Part shown: positions 61,293 to 64,000 of the stretch, in pieces
How positions within the stretch are numbered: position 1 is the stretch's first letter
How the letters are laid out: the number at the start of each line of letters is the position of its first letter
Assembly (NCBI RefSeq): GCF_003018255.1
Contig: NZ_CP027440.1
Direction: 5' to 3' (one strand)
DNA: 64,000 bases
DNA from: Escherichia coli
GTDB taxonomy: Bacteria; Pseudomonadota; Gammaproteobacteria; Enterobacterales; Enterobacteriaceae
Position numbers and translations under genes: made by a program
Notes under the pieces: generated by a model
Seen by the model: the letters and a program-made list of their open reading frames with translations, nothing else
Told to the model about the DNA's origin: nothing
Database searches by the model: none

Positions 61293-62729
61293 TTACTGTT
61301 CGCTTTCATCAGTATAGCGTTTTGCTTTGTAAGCCGGGTGCATCAGATTCTGTACGGAGAAAATATCGTCAAGTTCCGCTTCAGTCAACAGACCGCGTTC
61401 CAGAACGACTTCACGTACACTCTTACCGGTTTCGGCACAGATTTTACCCACGATGTCACCGTTGTGGTGACCGATGAACGGGTTCAGGTAAGTAACGATA
61501 CCGATAGAGTTGTAAACGTAACCTTCGCACACTTCTTTGTTAGCAGTGATGCCGTTAATGCATTTTTCCAGCAGGTTGTAGCAAGCGTTGGTCAGAATGT
61601 GAACGGATTCGAACATGGCCTGGCCAATGACCGGCTCCATAACGTTCAACTGCAGCTGACCTGCTTCTGCTGCCATGGTAACAGTGGTGTCGTTACCGAT
61701 GACTTTGAAGCATACCTGGTTAACCACTTCCGGAACAACCGGGTTTACTTTAGCTGGCATGATGGAAGAGCCCGCCTGCAGTTCCGGCAGGTTGATCTCG
61801 TTCAGGCCGGCACGTGGGCCTGAAGAGAGCAAGCGCAGGTCGTTACAGATTTTGGACATCTTCACAGCCAGGCGTTTCAGCGCGCCGTGAACCATAACAT
61901 AAGCGCCGCAGTCAGAGGTCGCTTCGATCAGGTCTTCAGCCGGTACGCATGGGAAGCCAGTGACTTCAGCCAGTTTTTTCACTGCCAGCGGAGAGTACTC
62001 TTTCGGCGTGTTCAGACCAGTACCGATTGCTGTTGCGCCAAGGTTAACTTCCAGCAGCAGTTCAGCGGTACGTTGGATGTTTTTCACTTCTTCTTTCAGC
62101 AGGATGCTGAAAGCGCGGAATTCCTGACCGAGGGTCATCGGTACTGCGTCCTGCAGCTGGGTACGACCCATTTTCAGGATGTCCTGGAATTCGACAGCTT
62201 TACGTTCAAAGCCTTCACGCAGTTGGTTAATCGCATCTACCAGCTTAATCAGGGAAGAGTAAACTGCGATACGGAAACCGGTCGGGTAGGCGTCGTTAGT
62301 GGACTGACATTTGTTAACATGGTCGTTCGGGTTCAGGTACTGATATTCACCTTTCTGGTGACCCATCAGTTCCAGACCGATATTGGCCAGCACTTCGTTG
62401 GTGTTCATGTTTACGGAAGTACCTGCGCCGCCCTGGTAGACGTCTACCGGGAACTGATCCATGCATTTTCCGTTGTTCAGGACTTCATCACATGCGGCAA
62501 TGATGGCATTCGCTACACTTTTAGGAATGGTTTGCAGCTCTTTGTTTGCCATAGCTGCGGCTTTTTTAACCATTACCATACCGCGAACAAATTCAGGAAT
62601 ATCACTGATTTTGTTGTTGCTGATATAGAAGTTTTCAATCGCTCTCAGAGTGTGAACACCATAGTAGGCATCAGCTGGAACTTCCCTGGTACCCAACAGA
62701 TCTTCTTCGATACGAATGTTGTTTGACAT
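61293..62729 (-). CDS. aspA: Aspartate ammonia-lyase
   Basis: Start [24 protein letters not shown] at 62729; fumarase/aspartase family. Confidence 0.95.
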
Positions 62730-63065
62730 GTGAACCTTCTTTTTCAAGCTGCCAATGATTTGCTTTAAACACACAGAATATATGTGGTTTCGAATGTTTT
62801 TCGACCGACGATTATCCCCTGCATCGACCGAATACCCGAGATCATATGCTGCTTGAGGATTTCTACCGTAATCTGGATCACTTTAAGTGTCGGTTTTTAC
62901 CCCTTAATTATTAATTTGTGAAATAGATCACCGCTTTGGGATTACTACCAAAAATAGTTGCGCAAACATCTTGAAATTTTGCTAATGACCACAATATAAG
63001 CTGAACGCGATTCGCAACCCATTCAGGTAGCCGGGTTTAACCGGCTGCTATTACAGGAGAAACCT

Positions 63066-63542
63066 TTGCGCTGGTTACCTTTTATTGCCATTTTCCTTTA
63101 TGTCTATATTGAGATTTCAATCTTTATTCAGGTTGCCCATGTATTGGGGGTATTGCTGACTCTCGTGCTGGTTATATTCACGTCAGTTATCGGTATGTCA
63201 CTGGTACGTAACCAGGGCTTTAAGAATTTCGTGCTGATGCAGCAAAAAATGGCGGCGGGTGAAAACCCAGCGGCGGAGATGATTAAAAGTGTTTCGCTGA
63301 TCATTGCCGGTTTGCTGCTTTTATTACCGGGCTTTTTCACCGACTTCCTCGGTCTTCTGCTTTTGTTGCCGCCGGTGCAAAAGCATCTGACAGTGAAGTT
63401 GATGCCGCATTTGCGCTTTTCTCGCATGCCAGGCGGCGGTTTTAGCGCCGGGACCGGTGGCGGTAATACTTTTGATGGTGAGTACCAGCGAAAGGATGAT
63501 GACCGCGACCGCCTTGATCATAAAGACGATCGCCAGGATTAA
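63066..63542 (+). CDS. fxsA: Inner membrane protein FxsA
   Basis: 158 aa MRWLPFIAIFLYVYIEISIFIQV... Confidence 0.9.
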   Translation: MRWLPFIAIFLYVYIEISIFIQVAHVLGVLLTLVLVIFTSVIGMSLVRNQGFKNFVLMQQKMAAGENPAAEMIKSVSLIIAGLLLLLPGFFTDFLGLLLLLPPVQKHLTVKLMPHLRFSRMPGGGFSAGTGGGNTFDGEYQRKDDDRDRLDHKDDRQD

Positions 63543-63557
63543 TGTCGAAACGCCGGA

Positions 63558-64000
63558 TTATGTGGTTATGCCATTTTCCGGCGTTTTTCGTTTTGGCAGA
63601 AACAGCCATAACCCCGCCAGCATGATCAGCGCATAGAGACTTTTCCAGCCGACCATTGTCAGTAACAGAACGCATAACAGCCCGCCAACCACCGCCAGTA
63701 GTCGATAACGTCCTTGCAATAATTTACAGCCTGCCAGCATGCATAACAGATAAATCATAATAAAGATGCCATTGGCATAAATAATAAGAGCGTCCAGATT
63801 GATCTCTAAAGCATGAATCACCAAAGTGCTCACCACGCAGCAGCCGAGCACCGCATTGAGGGCATTATTCGGGATATGGCGAGAAGAGAGGCGTGACAGG
63901 TAGTGGTCAGGATTATGTTGCGCCTGCGACCAGACCAGGCGGGCGAAGCTCTGTATATAAATGTTGAGACTGGCAAAGCAGGCCAGATAGCCAATCACGC
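63558..64000 (-). CDS. yjeH: Amino acid exporter YjeH, C-terminal part (5' end beyond window)
   Basis: ORF open to window edge, multi-TM. Confidence 0.8.
   Translation of the reverse strand, partial: VIGYLACFASLNIYIQSFARLVWSQAQHNPDHYLSRLSSRHIPNNALNAVLGCCVVSTLVIHALEINLDALIIYANGIFIMIYLLCMLAGCKLLQGRYRLLAVVGGLLCVLLLTMVGWKSLYALIMLAGLWLFLPKRKTPENGITT

Noticed and set aside
61887-62726. 279-aa plus-strand ORF
   Set aside because: Antisense shadow ORF inside aspA
1-64000. CRISPR arrays, rRNA genes, integrons, IS elements
   Set aside because: No regularly spaced direct repeats, no rRNA-like conserved stretches and no IS-type transposase ORFs apart from the MuA-like transposase were seen by eye

Overview
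The window is an Escherichia coli-type chromosome segment (melA ... yjdF-fumB-dcuB-dcuRS-yjdIJ-ghoST-lysU-dtpC-cadBA-cadC-pheU-yjdC-dsbD-cutA-dcuA-aspA-fxsA-yjeH) in which melA is split by an apparently complete ~38.8 kb Mu-like transposable prophage (about 160-38999). The prophage map is inverted relative to the window: com-mom and the gin invertase are at the left, head and tail genes in the middle, and B, A, ner and the c repressor at the right, with repeated transposase-binding sites at both ends. Most worth a second look are: (1) a cargo block between gin and com, absent from canonical Mu, encoding a 682-aa SGNH/SASA-type esterase with a lectin-like C-terminus plus three small genes; (2) a compact Gin/gix invertible tail-fibre switch with only one chaperone gene; (3) an early-region operon of uncharacterised genes, one carrying a G11 homopolymer tract, and a diverged tandem gene pair next to gam; (4) a candidate +1/-2 frameshift in the tail assembly chaperone; (5) an atypical right prophage terminus (TA rather than TG, only a 4-bp flanking repeat); (6) melA abutting yjdF with no melB. 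No CRISPR array or rRNA was seen; one tRNA (pheU) is present. All calls rest on reading the translations and sequence by eye; no database search was run.
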